64,000 nt of DNA from Pelagibacteraceae bacterium AG-325-E08 (GTDB taxonomy: Bacteria; Pseudomonadota; Alphaproteobacteria; Pelagibacterales; Pelagibacteraceae): the NCBI GenBank assembly GCA_003282985.1, contig QBYE01000003.1, forward strand, positions 1,236 to 65,235, in the 5' to 3' direction. Under the pieces are notes generated by a model. The model was given only the letters and a program-made list of their open reading frames with translations. It was not told the DNA's origin and did no database searches. This document shows positions 8,941-20,169 of this stretch, in pieces (position 1 is the stretch's first letter; each line of letters opens with the position of its first letter). The position numbers were made by a program, and so were the translations under genes.

Positions 8941-10125
8941 ATGAAAAAAAAGCGAAAAAAATTAAAACAAAAGAAAAAAATCATTAAGAGAGTTTATAAA
9001 AACAAGTCATCTAAAAAGTTCAAAAAAAAGACTAAAAAGGTACCAAAAATAAAGAGAAAAAAAAATAAAAAATTAAGACCTAAAATTTTAAAAAAAAAAA
9101 CTAATTTCATAACAAAAAAAGTTAAAAAAGAAAGCTTAGCTTTAAAACTAGTTAAATTTCAATTATCTATAAAACCTCAATTTAATTTTAAGATTAATTT
9201 TAATTTAGAGAAATATATCCAGAGTTTCTTCGATAAAATTTCAGAGACAATTTCAGATTATAAAATTTTAAAGATTGATGAAAAAAGACGAATTAAAATA
9301 GAGAAAATTGAGAATGAAAGAAAAGAAAAAATTAGGTTAGAAAATGAAAAAAAACACGAAGAAGTCCTAAAAGTAAAATTGAAAGAACAGGCTTTAAGAG
9401 AAGAAGCAAGATTAGAAAAACAAAGAACAAAAGATATAAAGGTTTTTTTAAGAAAAGAGCAAGCCCTCCTAAGAATTGAACAAGCTGAAAAACAAAAACA
9501 GTTTTTACAGCAATTGAGATTAGATAAACAAATAGAAAAATTTAGAATTAGAGAAGTTAAAGAGTTGGAAAAACTCGAAAAAATTTCATTAAGAGAAAAA
9601 AGAGAAGATTATTCTGCATTACAAGAAAGAATAGATAAATTAAAAGAAAAATACAGAATTATTAGAGATCAAAAAATTAAAGAAAGAGTAGAAGCTTTAG
9701 GCGTTAATCTTCAAGGGAATGAAGATAGAGAAACTTTATTAAAGAAAGAAAAAGAGTATACAATTGCAAGACAAAAAATAGAATTTGCTCTAGAGAGTTT
9801 TTATAGAAGTGCTAGTAGTTTAGTTTTTCAACTCAATAAAAGACACATTACCAGACATATGTCTATTTTTAGATGCATTGATAGAAGATTTGAGACAGGA
9901 GAAATATTTATTAAATGGGATGAATCAGAAGATGAAGATTGGCTGTTATTAATTTATATTAAAAATAATTCACCAGATGAAGGGATCGTAATTGAGGATA
10001 AAACAAATCCAGAAAAAAATTTATCACATGAATTTAAAAATATAGATATTTTTAAAGCATCAGACACAATGGTTGACTCTTTAACGCAGCTTATAGCTAG
10101 AAAAAGAGCACAAAATAATAATTAA
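8941..10125 (+). CDS. Hypothetical protein: Lys-rich N-terminus, long charged coiled coil, C-terminal alpha/beta domain
   Basis: 394-aa ORF filling the gap in the + strand gene run; no family motif recognised. Confidence 0.7.
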   Translation: MKKKRKKLKQKKKIIKRVYKNKSSKKFKKKTKKVPKIKRKKNKKLRPKILKKKTNFITKKVKKESLALKLVKFQLSIKPQFNFKINFNLEKYIQSFFDKISETISDYKILKIDEKRRIKIEKIENERKEKIRLENEKKHEEVLKVKLKEQALREEARLEKQRTKDIKVFLRKEQALLRIEQAEKQKQFLQQLRLDKQIEKFRIREVKELEKLEKISLREKREDYSALQERIDKLKEKYRIIRDQKIKERVEALGVNLQGNEDRETLLKKEKEYTIARQKIEFALESFYRSASSLVFQLNKRHITRHMSIFRCIDRRFETGEIFIKWDESEDEDWLLLIYIKNNSPDEGIVIEDKTNPEKNLSHEFKNIDIFKASDTMVDSLTQLIARKRAQNNN

Positions 10126-10154
10126 ATTTTTATTATAATTGGGTACAATCTAAA

Positions 10155-10448
10155 ATGCTTTTTGGTTCAATCTTTCTGATAATTCTTTATTTAGTTTTGC
10201 AATATATTCTTGCTTGGATTACTTTTTTTAACAATTTGGACTCACGCCTTGGAGATAGCACCTGGAGATTTAGTTACGATTATCCTGTAGTAGGGGATAG
10301 AGATATTTCTGATTTAGATGATAAAGACTTTGTGAGATTAAGAAGAAAAAAAAACAAAATTGTTTTATTGATGTATTCGATTGTTCTTATAATGTTTATA
10401 GCCTCATTATCATTATTGAGTCAGTTCTTATTATTTTTTTTTGATTAA
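10155..10448 (+). CDS. Small hypothetical membrane protein (2 TM)
   Basis: 97 aa, two hydrophobic helices flanking a charged loop. Confidence 0.6.
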   Translation: MLFGSIFLIILYLVLQYILAWITFFNNLDSRLGDSTWRFSYDYPVVGDRDISDLDDKDFVRLRRKKNKIVLLMYSIVLIMFIASLSLLSQFLLFFFD

Positions 10449-10792
10449 TTTTTTAACTGTTTCTTATTTTTTAGGTATAAAAAAAAGGCAACAACTTCAT
10501 AACCAAAAGAAAATAAATTAAAGATGATTGGTAATTTAAAAAAACTATATAAAAACTTATATTTTGGCATTTTTTTCCATAATGCTAAAAATGCCTCTGC
10601 ACCCTCAATAACTTTTTCATTTTCTTTAACATGAAGTCTACGTAAAAGTTCTTTACTATTTCTTGATGTTTCTTTTTTAGCTAATTCGTTATTAGTAATA
10701 TCAATCCATTCAATTTCTTGAATCTTTTCTTTTTTATATAAATCAATTTCAGCCTTACAAATTTTACAAGAATTATTAAAATAAACCTTCAT
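10445..10792 (-). CDS. DCC-family thiol-disulfide oxidoreductase (DUF393)
   Basis: VYFNNSCKIC (DxxCxxC variant), RLHV, GAEAF..LW. Confidence 0.8.
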   Translation of the reverse strand: MKVYFNNSCKICKAEIDLYKKEKIQEIEWIDITNNELAKKETSRNSKELLRRLHVKENEKVIEGAEAFLALWKKMPKYKFLYSFFKLPIIFNLFSFGYEVVAFFLYLKNKKQLKN

Positions 10793-10847
10793 TATTAACA
10801 ATTATTTACTAACTATCTTAGGTTATGTACATGCGTAAAATACTCTA

Positions 10848-10875
10848 GTTGAAAATTATTTTAAACAACCTATGT
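10848..10875 (+). promoter_or_regulatory. Possible sigma32-type promoter of tldD-pmbA
   Basis: GTTGAA-N15-CCTATGT, same spacing as the ibpA promoter. Confidence 0.45.
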
Positions 10876-10885
10876 TTTACTAACT

Positions 10886-12298
10886 ATGAGCAATTTCTTT
10901 GATAAATCTGATTTAAATAGAAACGAGGCCGAAACTATTGTTTCAGATACATTAAAAAAATGTGATGATGGAGAATTATATTTAGAAAATTCTAAGTCTG
11001 AAAGTATTTTATTGGATGACAATAAGATAAAAAAATCTAGTTATAATTCTGATTTAGGTTTTGGCTTTAGAGCAGTTTCAGGTGAAATTGTTGCTTATTC
11101 ACATTCTAACGAAATATCAAAAAATTCGTTAAAACAATCCTCTGAAAATTTAAAATCAACATTAAAATCTGCAAAAGGCAATTATGATTATTCTATTCCT
11201 AAATCAAACAAAAAATATTATACAAACATTAATCCTATAGAAGAAAAAACACTTAACTCAAAAATAGAAATATTAAATAAAGTAAACGAGTACCTAAGAA
11301 AAAAAGATAATAATGTTAAACAAGTGACAGCAAATTTTAGTGGTGAACAAAAGTCTGTAGAAATAATTAGGTCTGGTGGTGAAACTCTAACTGATGTGAG
11401 ACCCTTAGTAAGATTTAATGTTTCAGTAATGCTTGAAAAGAATGGTAGAAAAGAGTCAGGTGTTTATGGAATTGGTGGAAGACAATCGTACGATGATTAT
11501 TTGACAAACGATAATTGGAAAAATGTTTGTGATGAAGCTTTTAGAATAGCTTCTGTGAATTTAGACAGCAAACCTGCTCCTGCAGGAGAAATGAAAGTTG
11601 TACTTGGTCCAGGTTGGCCTGCGATACTAATTCATGAAGCAATAGGTCATGGTTTAGAAGGTGATTTTAACAGAAAAAAAACTTCTGCATTTCATAATTT
11701 GATGGGACAAAAAGTTGCGAGTGAGGGTGTAACCATAATTGACGATGGAACTTTAGATAATAGAAGAGGGAGTCTTACAATTGATGATGAAGGCACACCA
11801 ACAGAAAAAACTGTACTGATTGAAAATGGAATTTTAAAAAACTTTATGCAAGACAGATTAAATGCAAGATTAATGAAGACTAGGTCAACAGGTAGTGGTA
11901 GAAGAGAAAACTATAGACATATCGTATTACCAAGAATGAGAAATACCATGATGCTAAGTGGAAAACAAACTCAAGATGAGATGATAAAATCTGTAGATAG
12001 AGGTATTTTTGCAGTTAGCTTTGGAGGAGGACAAGTTGATATTACTTCAGGAAAATTTGTGTTTAATTGCACAGAAGCTTATGAGATTATTAATGGTAAA
12101 ATTGGTTCACCAATAAAAGGAGCAACTTTAATAGGTGATGGCCCTTCAATTTTGAAAGAAGTTTCAATGGTTGGTAATGATATGATGTTAGATCCAGGAA
12201 TTGGTACTTGTGGTAAAGCAGGACAAGGAGTTCCTGTGGGAGTAGCCCAGCCTTCAATTTTAATAAATAAAATGACTGTTGGTGGCACAAATTTATAA
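10886..12298 (+). CDS. tldD: Metalloprotease TldD
   Basis: HEAIGHGLEGDFNRK zinc motif, PRMRNT, GTCGKAGQGVPVG. Confidence 0.95.
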   Translation: MSNFFDKSDLNRNEAETIVSDTLKKCDDGELYLENSKSESILLDDNKIKKSSYNSDLGFGFRAVSGEIVAYSHSNEISKNSLKQSSENLKSTLKSAKGNYDYSIPKSNKKYYTNINPIEEKTLNSKIEILNKVNEYLRKKDNNVKQVTANFSGEQKSVEIIRSGGETLTDVRPLVRFNVSVMLEKNGRKESGVYGIGGRQSYDDYLTNDNWKNVCDEAFRIASVNLDSKPAPAGEMKVVLGPGWPAILIHEAIGHGLEGDFNRKKTSAFHNLMGQKVASEGVTIIDDGTLDNRRGSLTIDDEGTPTEKTVLIENGILKNFMQDRLNARLMKTRSTGSGRRENYRHIVLPRMRNTMMLSGKQTQDEMIKSVDRGIFAVSFGGGQVDITSGKFVFNCTEAYEIINGKIGSPIKGATLIGDGPSILKEVSMVGNDMMLDPGIGTCGKAGQGVPVGVAQPSILINKMTVGGTNL

Positions 12299-13615
12299 AT
12301 GGTTAAAGATCAGGAATATCTTGAAAAAAAAGCATCATATTGTTTAGATTTAGCAAAAAAATTAGGAGCTACGGATATAAGTGTTAATGTAGGTAATTCT
12401 ATTTCTGAAACAGTAAATTTTAGAAATAAAAATTTAGATGAGTCAAACAGATCTGATAATCTTGGCATAGATATCACAACATTCATTGGCAAGAAAAAGT
12501 CATCAATATCGTCATCAAATTTGCTAGAAGATAATCTAAATATTTTAATTAAAAAATGTATCGAAACTACAAAAAATACTCCAGAAGATGAATTTAACTC
12601 ACTACCTGATAAGGATCTATTGGCTCAAGAAGTTAAAGATTTTAATTTATATGATGACACGCATTTAGAGAATGATAGTAAGGCTGAATATTTAACAAGA
12701 CTAGAGGCTGCTGCCTCAAATGATAAAAAAATAGTAAATACAGAATCCAGCTTTGTAGAAAATAAATCAAATTTTATTTTAGCGAATAGCGATGGTTTTT
12801 GTAAAGGTTTTAAATCTTCATCATTTGTTGCCTATAGTGTAGCTGTTGCAAAAGATGATAAAAGTATGGAGAGGGACTATGAATATACTCACAAATGTCA
12901 TTTAAATGATATAAAGAATGCAGAAGAATTAGGAAAAAAAGCTGCAGAATACACTCTTAGAAAACTCAGTCCAAAAAAAATAGGCAGTGAAAAGATTTCT
13001 ATAATCTTTGATAAAAGAATTGCCAAAGGAATATTAAGTACTTTTGCAAGCGCCATATCTGCTTCGGCTATTTCGAGAGGAACTTCATTTTTAAAAGATA
13101 AAATTAATCAAAAAATTTTTTCAGATACAGTAAATATTTTTGATAAGCCTGATATATTTAAAGGCCAAGGCTCCAGAAGTTTTGATTCAGAAGGTGTTAG
13201 AACAGATACACTAAAATTAGTTGAGCAAGGGGTATTAAAGAATTATTTAATAGATACCTATAATGGCAGAAAGTTAAATCTTAAATCTAATGGAAGATGC
13301 GGAGGGACTAGCAATCTTTACTTTGAAAATGGAAAAATTAGCTATAAAGATTTAATAAATTCTAATCCTAAATGTTTATACATAACAGAAACAATAGGAC
13401 ACGGAAGCAATATTGTTACTGGTGACTACTCTGTGGGTGCAACTGGATTTTTAATTGAAAATGGGGAATTCAAACATCCAATAAACGAGATAACGATTGC
13501 AGGTAATTTTAAGGATATGTTTCAAAATCTAACTTTAGCAAATGACTTAGAATTTGAATACTCAACTAATTCTCCAACAATGATGATTGAGGGAATGGTT
13601 GTTGCTGGTAAATGA
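12299..13615 (+). CDS. pmbA: Metalloprotease PmbA/TldE
   Basis: FDSEG, TGDYSVGATG, EITIAGN; adjacent to tldD. Confidence 0.92.
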   Translation: MVKDQEYLEKKASYCLDLAKKLGATDISVNVGNSISETVNFRNKNLDESNRSDNLGIDITTFIGKKKSSISSSNLLEDNLNILIKKCIETTKNTPEDEFNSLPDKDLLAQEVKDFNLYDDTHLENDSKAEYLTRLEAAASNDKKIVNTESSFVENKSNFILANSDGFCKGFKSSSFVAYSVAVAKDDKSMERDYEYTHKCHLNDIKNAEELGKKAAEYTLRKLSPKKIGSEKISIIFDKRIAKGILSTFASAISASAISRGTSFLKDKINQKIFSDTVNIFDKPDIFKGQGSRSFDSEGVRTDTLKLVEQGVLKNYLIDTYNGRKLNLKSNGRCGGTSNLYFENGKISYKDLINSNPKCLYITETIGHGSNIVTGDYSVGATGFLIENGEFKHPINEITIAGNFKDMFQNLTLANDLEFEYSTNSPTMMIEGMVVAGK

Positions 13616-14580
13616 GTGATTACTGCGTAATCGGATCTGGCATTTCAGGTGCTACTATTGCAAATTTACTTAACAAAAAATTTCAAGTCAATTTATATGA
13701 TAAAGGTAGAGGACCAGGAGGTCGAGCTTCATTTAAAAGAGTAAAAGGTCAGATTGGCTTTGATCATGGAACACAATATTTTTCTCCTAAGACAATAGAA
13801 TTTAAAAAATTTGCAAATAGATTAATTAAAATAAAAATTTTGAAAAAATGGAGTGGTAATCATATTTTCTTAAATTCTAAAAAAAAAGAAAATAAAAAAC
13901 ACATTAAAATAATTGGAAAAAAAGGCAATAATGACATTTGCAAATTTCTTTTAAAAAAAGTTAAATGTTTTTATCAAAGCGAAGTCAAAAAAATTTACTA
14001 CAAAAATAAATTATGGTTTCTACTATTCACAGATGGTAAAATAAGAACTTATAAAGGTGTCATTTTAACATGCCCTTTTCCACAACTTAAAAAACTTTCA
14101 GAAAAATTTATAAATAACACATTTATAAAAAGAAAATTAAAAATGGATGCAAATATTACAGTTATGATTGCAATTAAAAAAAATAAAAAATCACCTAGCA
14201 GCTTTCTTTTTGATGACCCAGTCTTAGGTTGGGCAGGTAATGAAAATACAAAAAAAAGGTTCAAATCAAAATATGATTTATGGACACTTCAAAGTACCTT
14301 TAAATGGGCAAACAAAAATATTGATAAAAATAAAAAAAATTTAAAAAAAAACTCAAAAATTTTAATCGATAAATTTTTTAAACTTACAAAAATTAAAAAA
14401 ACTAAAGTAATTTATAGTATTAATCATGGTTGGAAATATTCATCAAATTCTAAACCCTTAAAAATAAGAAGTTATTGGGATCCTCAAAAAAAAATAGGAG
14501 TATGTGCTGATTGGTTTATTGGACCTAGATTAGAATCAGGATGGTTAAGTGCAAATGACTTATTTAAAAAAATTAATTAA
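13612..14580 (+). CDS. Renalase-like NAD(P)/FAD-dependent oxidoreductase
   Basis: GSGISG, DKGRGPGGR, FDHGTQYF, W.YS, CADW..GPRLESGWLS. Confidence 0.8.
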   Translation: MSDYCVIGSGISGATIANLLNKKFQVNLYDKGRGPGGRASFKRVKGQIGFDHGTQYFSPKTIEFKKFANRLIKIKILKKWSGNHIFLNSKKKENKKHIKIIGKKGNNDICKFLLKKVKCFYQSEVKKIYYKNKLWFLLFTDGKIRTYKGVILTCPFPQLKKLSEKFINNTFIKRKLKMDANITVMIAIKKNKKSPSSFLFDDPVLGWAGNENTKKRFKSKYDLWTLQSTFKWANKNIDKNKKNLKKNSKILIDKFFKLTKIKKTKVIYSINHGWKYSSNSKPLKIRSYWDPQKKIGVCADWFIGPRLESGWLSANDLFKKIN

Positions 14581-14584
14581 ATAA

Positions 14585-15265
14585 TTACTCAATTTTTTTT
14601 AAACGATATTCCCAATCTCCCATTCTTGAGTATGAAACTTTTAAAATTGTAGAGTTTTTTTGATCGTACCAAATATTAAAATCTAGTCTTTTATCTTTAG
14701 GTATAGTCATGTCCTTAGACTTTAATGTAAAATGGTCCGCTTGATAAATCTTGCCGTAGAGATCAATTTTTTTTTTACCAATAAAAGTGACTACCTGTTT
14801 TTTTATACTTCCTGAAATTGGACTAATTTGACTATCTGCCTGTAGAATTTTATGGTTCCACCAATTCCCAACTATACTATCAATAGATGTTTCACCATTG
14901 AATGAAGAGCCTTCTATTTCAAATTTTTTAGTATTGTTGTTAAATAATAGATTCACAAATTTTTCTTTATTATTTTGTATAGTTTTAGAATTGTATGAAA
15001 TTAATTGATCTTTATGATATTTTTCTTCTCCATAACTTTCCACTTGAAAAATGACTGCACCTAAAAGTTTTACACTGAATTTTATTTGATTAGTAACTAA
15101 AGTTTGATCACCTTTTCTGTTAAAAAAATAATAGTTATATCCAATTAACTCACCATTTCTGAATATTTCCATTTCAAGTTTGTTATATTTATTGTAATGA
15201 GCCATATGGGCTATGGATATAGAAGGGTAAAGTATAAGAAACAAAGCAACTATAAATTTTCTCAT
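14585..15265 (-). CDS. Exported hypothetical protein (DUF6134-like)
   Basis: Signal peptide; F/I.RNG..IG, beta-rich, WWN and IWYD motifs. Confidence 0.6.
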   Translation of the reverse strand: MRKFIVALFLILYPSISIAHMAHYNKYNKLEMEIFRNGELIGYNYYFFNRKGDQTLVTNQIKFSVKLLGAVIFQVESYGEEKYHKDQLISYNSKTIQNNKEKFVNLLFNNNTKKFEIEGSSFNGETSIDSIVGNWWNHKILQADSQISPISGSIKKQVVTFIGKKKIDLYGKIYQADHFTLKSKDMTIPKDKRLDFNIWYDQKNSTILKVSYSRMGDWEYRLKKIE

Positions 15266-15318
15266 TTAAGAATTACATTAATAGACTTTTTCAATAATAG
15301 AAATAATTTAATAAAAAA

Positions 15319-15966
15319 ATGTTTTTAAAAATAAAGAAAATACCAAAAGTACATTGGAGTTCAGAGAGGCCATTGAATTTTAAGCCAAAATTTTCAACAT
15401 TCTTTTTTTTATGCTTTGGTCTTACTCTATTTGGGTTAGGTGAGGGACTATTAATAGTTTCCTTCACAGGAGCTTCTCCCTGGAGTGTTTTAGCACAAGG
15501 TATCTCATTAAATGTAAATTTAAGTATTGGAACAATAACTCTTTTAGTAAGTATTGCGGTTTTAATTTTATGGATTCCTTTGGGTCAAAGGCCTGGAATG
15601 GGAACTATATTTAATGCCTTGATAATTGCTTTAATGATTGATCTTTGTATTAAGTTTGTCCCAACTCCATCCAATTACATTTATCAACTAATACTAGCTG
15701 TAGTTTCAGTAATTTTAGTTGGTGTTGGTGGTGGTATATATTTAGTATCAAATCTTGGACCAGGTCCAAGAGATGGTTTAATGATAGGATTACAAAAAGT
15801 TTCAAATTTACCAATAGCAGCTGTAAGAGCAACTTTAGAAATTTCTGTTGTTGGTATTGGGTGGTATTTAGGTGGTACGGTCGGAGTTGGAACTTTATTA
15901 TTTGCTTTTGGAATTGGCCCTTGTGTTGCCTTTGGACTTTATTTAGTAGATAAAATATTTAATTAA
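15319..15966 (+). CDS. YczE/YyaS/YitT-family membrane protein
   Basis: GASPWSVL, G.GT..N, LGPGPRDGLM, GGTVGVGT motifs. Confidence 0.85.
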   Translation: MFLKIKKIPKVHWSSERPLNFKPKFSTFFFLCFGLTLFGLGEGLLIVSFTGASPWSVLAQGISLNVNLSIGTITLLVSIAVLILWIPLGQRPGMGTIFNALIIALMIDLCIKFVPTPSNYIYQLILAVVSVILVGVGGGIYLVSNLGPGPRDGLMIGLQKVSNLPIAAVRATLEISVVGIGWYLGGTVGVGTLLFAFGIGPCVAFGLYLVDKIFN

Positions 15967-17789
15967 GCTGCAGAGTTTGATTTTTCACTTCTTTTTCTTT
16001 CATGTGGGTCAAGAATAGCTTTTCTTAATCTGCATGATTCTGGTGTGATCTCTAAAGCTTCATCAGTGTTTAACATGCTTAACTGTTCAGCTATTGACAT
16101 TTTTCTAACTGGAGTAAGTACAACATTTTCATCTGTACCTTGAGTTCTCATGTTAGTAAGTTTTTTACCCTTCATAACATTAATTATCATATCTCCTGGT
16201 TTTGGTGATAATCCCACTATCATGCCTGGATAAACTGGATCATTATGTGTTACAAACATTTCACCTCTTGCCTGTAAATTAAATATTGCAAAAGCAACTG
16301 CTTTTCCTTGTTCCATTGAAATTAAAGCACCGTTTCTTCTTCCTTCCATTTCTCCCTCAAATTTACCGTAATCATGGAAAATTCTATTAATAACGCCATT
16401 TCCTTTTGTAAGTGTAAGAAATCGACTTGTATAACCCATTAAACCTCTAGTAGGAGCATGGAAAATTAATCGCTTTTTATCTTTACCAGTATCTTTTAAT
16501 TCTACTAACTTTCCTTTTCTTCTATTCATAGAGTCAATAATTTTTGATGAGTATTCTTCATCAAGGTCCATAGTAATTTCTTCAATCGGCTCAAGTTTAT
16601 TTCCATCTTTATCTTTTCTGTATAAAACTTTTGGTGGACTAACTGTCATTTCAAAGCCTTCTCTTCTCATTTGAGTTAGTAATATTTCTAACATTAATTC
16701 TCCTCTACCACTTACTACAAAAGAGTCATTTCCATTATTTTCTGAAAAAGTAATTCCAACATTATTCTGTGCTTCAATGATCAATCTATCTCTAATTTGA
16801 GTACTGGTAAGTTTTTTGCCTTCAGTGCCAGCTAAAGGAGATGTATTAACTGTAATAGTAATGGACATAGTTGGAGGATCAATAGGAGTAGCTGAAATTG
16901 GTTCATTAACCTCTAAATCACAAATCGTATCAGCAACACTAGCTTTCTCTAAACCCGCAACAACTACAATATCTCCTGCTTCTCCAACTTCTATAGGAAC
17001 TTTTTTTGTTCCTTCATATCTAAAAATTTTTGTTAGTCTACCTTCATCAACTTTTTCACCTTTTAGATTAATTGCTTTGATTGATTGGTTAGCCTTAGCA
17101 GTTCCTTGAGTAATTCTTCCTACTAAACTTCTTCCTAAAAAGCTATCTGCATAAAGTAATGTTGATAGCATTGCAAATGGCTTAGAATTATCTAATTCTG
17201 CTGGTTTAACATGTTCAATTATTTGATCTAAAAGAGGATTTAAATTTTCTCTTGGACCCTCTACTTCTTTATCAGCCCATCCAGATCTTCCACTTGCATA
17301 CAGAACTGGAAAATCTAATTGTTCTTCATTTGCATCTAAACTTACAAATAAATCAAATGTTTCATCTAATACTTCATTAGCTCTTTGATCTGCTTTATCA
17401 AGTTTGTTGATTACAACAATAGGTTTTAATCCTTGTTTTAAAGCTTTTGACAATACAAATTTTGTTTGGGGCATAACACCTTCAGCTGAGTCAATTAATA
17501 ATAAGGCACCATCAGCCATACTTAAAACCCTCTCAACTTCTGCAGCAAAATCGCGGTGACCAGGAGTATCAATAATATTTATTCTTGAATTTTTCCAATT
17601 TATTGAAGCAGGTTTTGCTAGAATAGTAATTCCTCTTTCTTTTTCAAGTTCTCCAGAGTCCATTAATCTTTCATCAACAACTTCATTTTCTCTAAATGAA
17701 CCACTTTGTTTCATTAGATTATCAATTAAAGTTGTTTTGCCGTGGTCAACGTGTGCAATGATAGTGATGTTTCTTATATTGTTACTCAT
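15963..17789 (-). CDS. typA: Translational GTPase TypA/BipA
   Basis: IIAHVDHGKTT, ERGITILAK, DTPGH, GRGEL, K.LTNMR, EITP..RLRK. Confidence 0.97.
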   Translation of the reverse strand: MSNNIRNITIIAHVDHGKTTLIDNLMKQSGSFRENEVVDERLMDSGELEKERGITILAKPASINWKNSRINIIDTPGHRDFAAEVERVLSMADGALLLIDSAEGVMPQTKFVLSKALKQGLKPIVVINKLDKADQRANEVLDETFDLFVSLDANEEQLDFPVLYASGRSGWADKEVEGPRENLNPLLDQIIEHVKPAELDNSKPFAMLSTLLYADSFLGRSLVGRITQGTAKANQSIKAINLKGEKVDEGRLTKIFRYEGTKKVPIEVGEAGDIVVVAGLEKASVADTICDLEVNEPISATPIDPPTMSITITVNTSPLAGTEGKKLTSTQIRDRLIIEAQNNVGITFSENNGNDSFVVSGRGELMLEILLTQMRREGFEMTVSPPKVLYRKDKDGNKLEPIEEITMDLDEEYSSKIIDSMNRRKGKLVELKDTGKDKKRLIFHAPTRGLMGYTSRFLTLTKGNGVINRIFHDYGKFEGEMEGRRNGALISMEQGKAVAFAIFNLQARGEMFVTHNDPVYPGMIVGLSPKPGDMIINVMKGKKLTNMRTQGTDENVVLTPVRKMSIAEQLSMLNTDEALEITPESCRLRKAILDPHERKRSEKSNSAA

Positions 17790-17877
17790 AATTTGTGGCT
17801 CTTATACATTAATTTTTTTTTTTGGAAACTTTAAAAAAGCTTAATAAATATTAAAATTTGAAGAAAAATGTGGTTAT

Positions 17878-17994
17878 TTAATTTGTTTTTTTTGTTTTTT
17901 CTCTCTTGAGCTTTCTTTTTTCTTTTAAACTTAATTTTGGTTTTTTGTTGACGCTAGAGTCTTTGAAGGATTTACCACTATATCTTTTTGACAT
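17878..17994 (-). CDS. Small basic protein (38 aa), not in the ORF track
   Basis: MSKRYSGKSFKDSSVNKKPKLSLKEKRKLKREKTKKTN*, filling an otherwise long spacer between the groEL terminator and typA. Confidence 0.55.
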   Translation of the reverse strand: MSKRYSGKSFKDSSVNKKPKLSLKEKRKLKREKTKKTN

Positions 17995-18014
17995 TTTCTT
18001 ATTTTACTAGACCT

Positions 18015-18044
18015 AAAAAAAAAGGCCATCAAAAGATGGCCTTT
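18015..18044 (-). terminator. Intrinsic terminator of groESL
   Basis: AAAGGCCATC-aaaa-GATGGCCTTT stem followed by a T-run on the minus strand. Confidence 0.9.
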
Positions 18045-18067
18045 AAATTTCATTTTAGAATAGGGCT

Positions 18068-19750
<1,683 letters not shown>

Positions 19751-19755
19751 TTAAA

Positions 19756-20046
19756 TTATTTGCTTGAAATACCCATAATGTCTGACTCTTTCATTATGCT
19801 GTATTCTTTACCATCAATTTTGACTTCAGTTCCTGACCATTTGCCAAATAAAACTTTATCACCAACCTTAACATCCATTGGAATTTTTTTTCCATCTTCA
19901 GTTTTTGCACCACCGCCAATAGCAACAACTTTTCCTTCCTGGGGTTTTTCTTGCGCAGTATCTGGTATGATTATTCCTCCTGCAGTTTTTTCACTGCTGT
20001 CTAAAACTTCTATTAAAACTCTATCGTGTAACGGTCTAAATTTCAT
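19756..20046 (-). CDS. groS: Co-chaperonin GroES
   Basis: [33 protein letters not shown]. Confidence 0.99.
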   Translation of the reverse strand: MKFRPLHDRVLIEVLDSSEKTAGGIIIPDTAQEKPQEGKVVAIGGGAKTEDGKKIPMDVKVGDKVLFGKWSGTEVKIDGKEYSIMKESDIMGISSK

Positions 20047-20072
20047 AAATTCTCCTTTATAATATGGACTTC

Positions 20073-20100
20073 ATATAGAGATTGGCATTACTATTTCAAG
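20073..20100 (-). promoter_or_regulatory. Sigma32 (RpoH)-type promoter of groESL
   Basis: CTTGAA-N14-CTCTATAT on the minus strand. Confidence 0.75.
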
Positions 20101-20169
20101 ATATAGTTCAAAATAAGTTAGTTAAAAAATATAGGAAATTAGGGATTTTATGGTTTATAGATTATTTTA

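Noticed and set aside
17813-17823. T11 homopolymer upstream of typA as a phase-variation tract
   Set aside because: Long A/T runs are common throughout this AT-rich window; nothing specific supports it.
20082-20090. TTGGCATTA resembling half of a CIRCE element upstream of groES
   Set aside because: No second arm 9 bp away; it lies in the sigma32 promoter spacer.
20094-20109. CAAGATATAG NrdR-box-like core near groES
   Set aside because: Explained by the sigma32 -35 element (CTTGAA) on the minus strand; the flanks match poorly.
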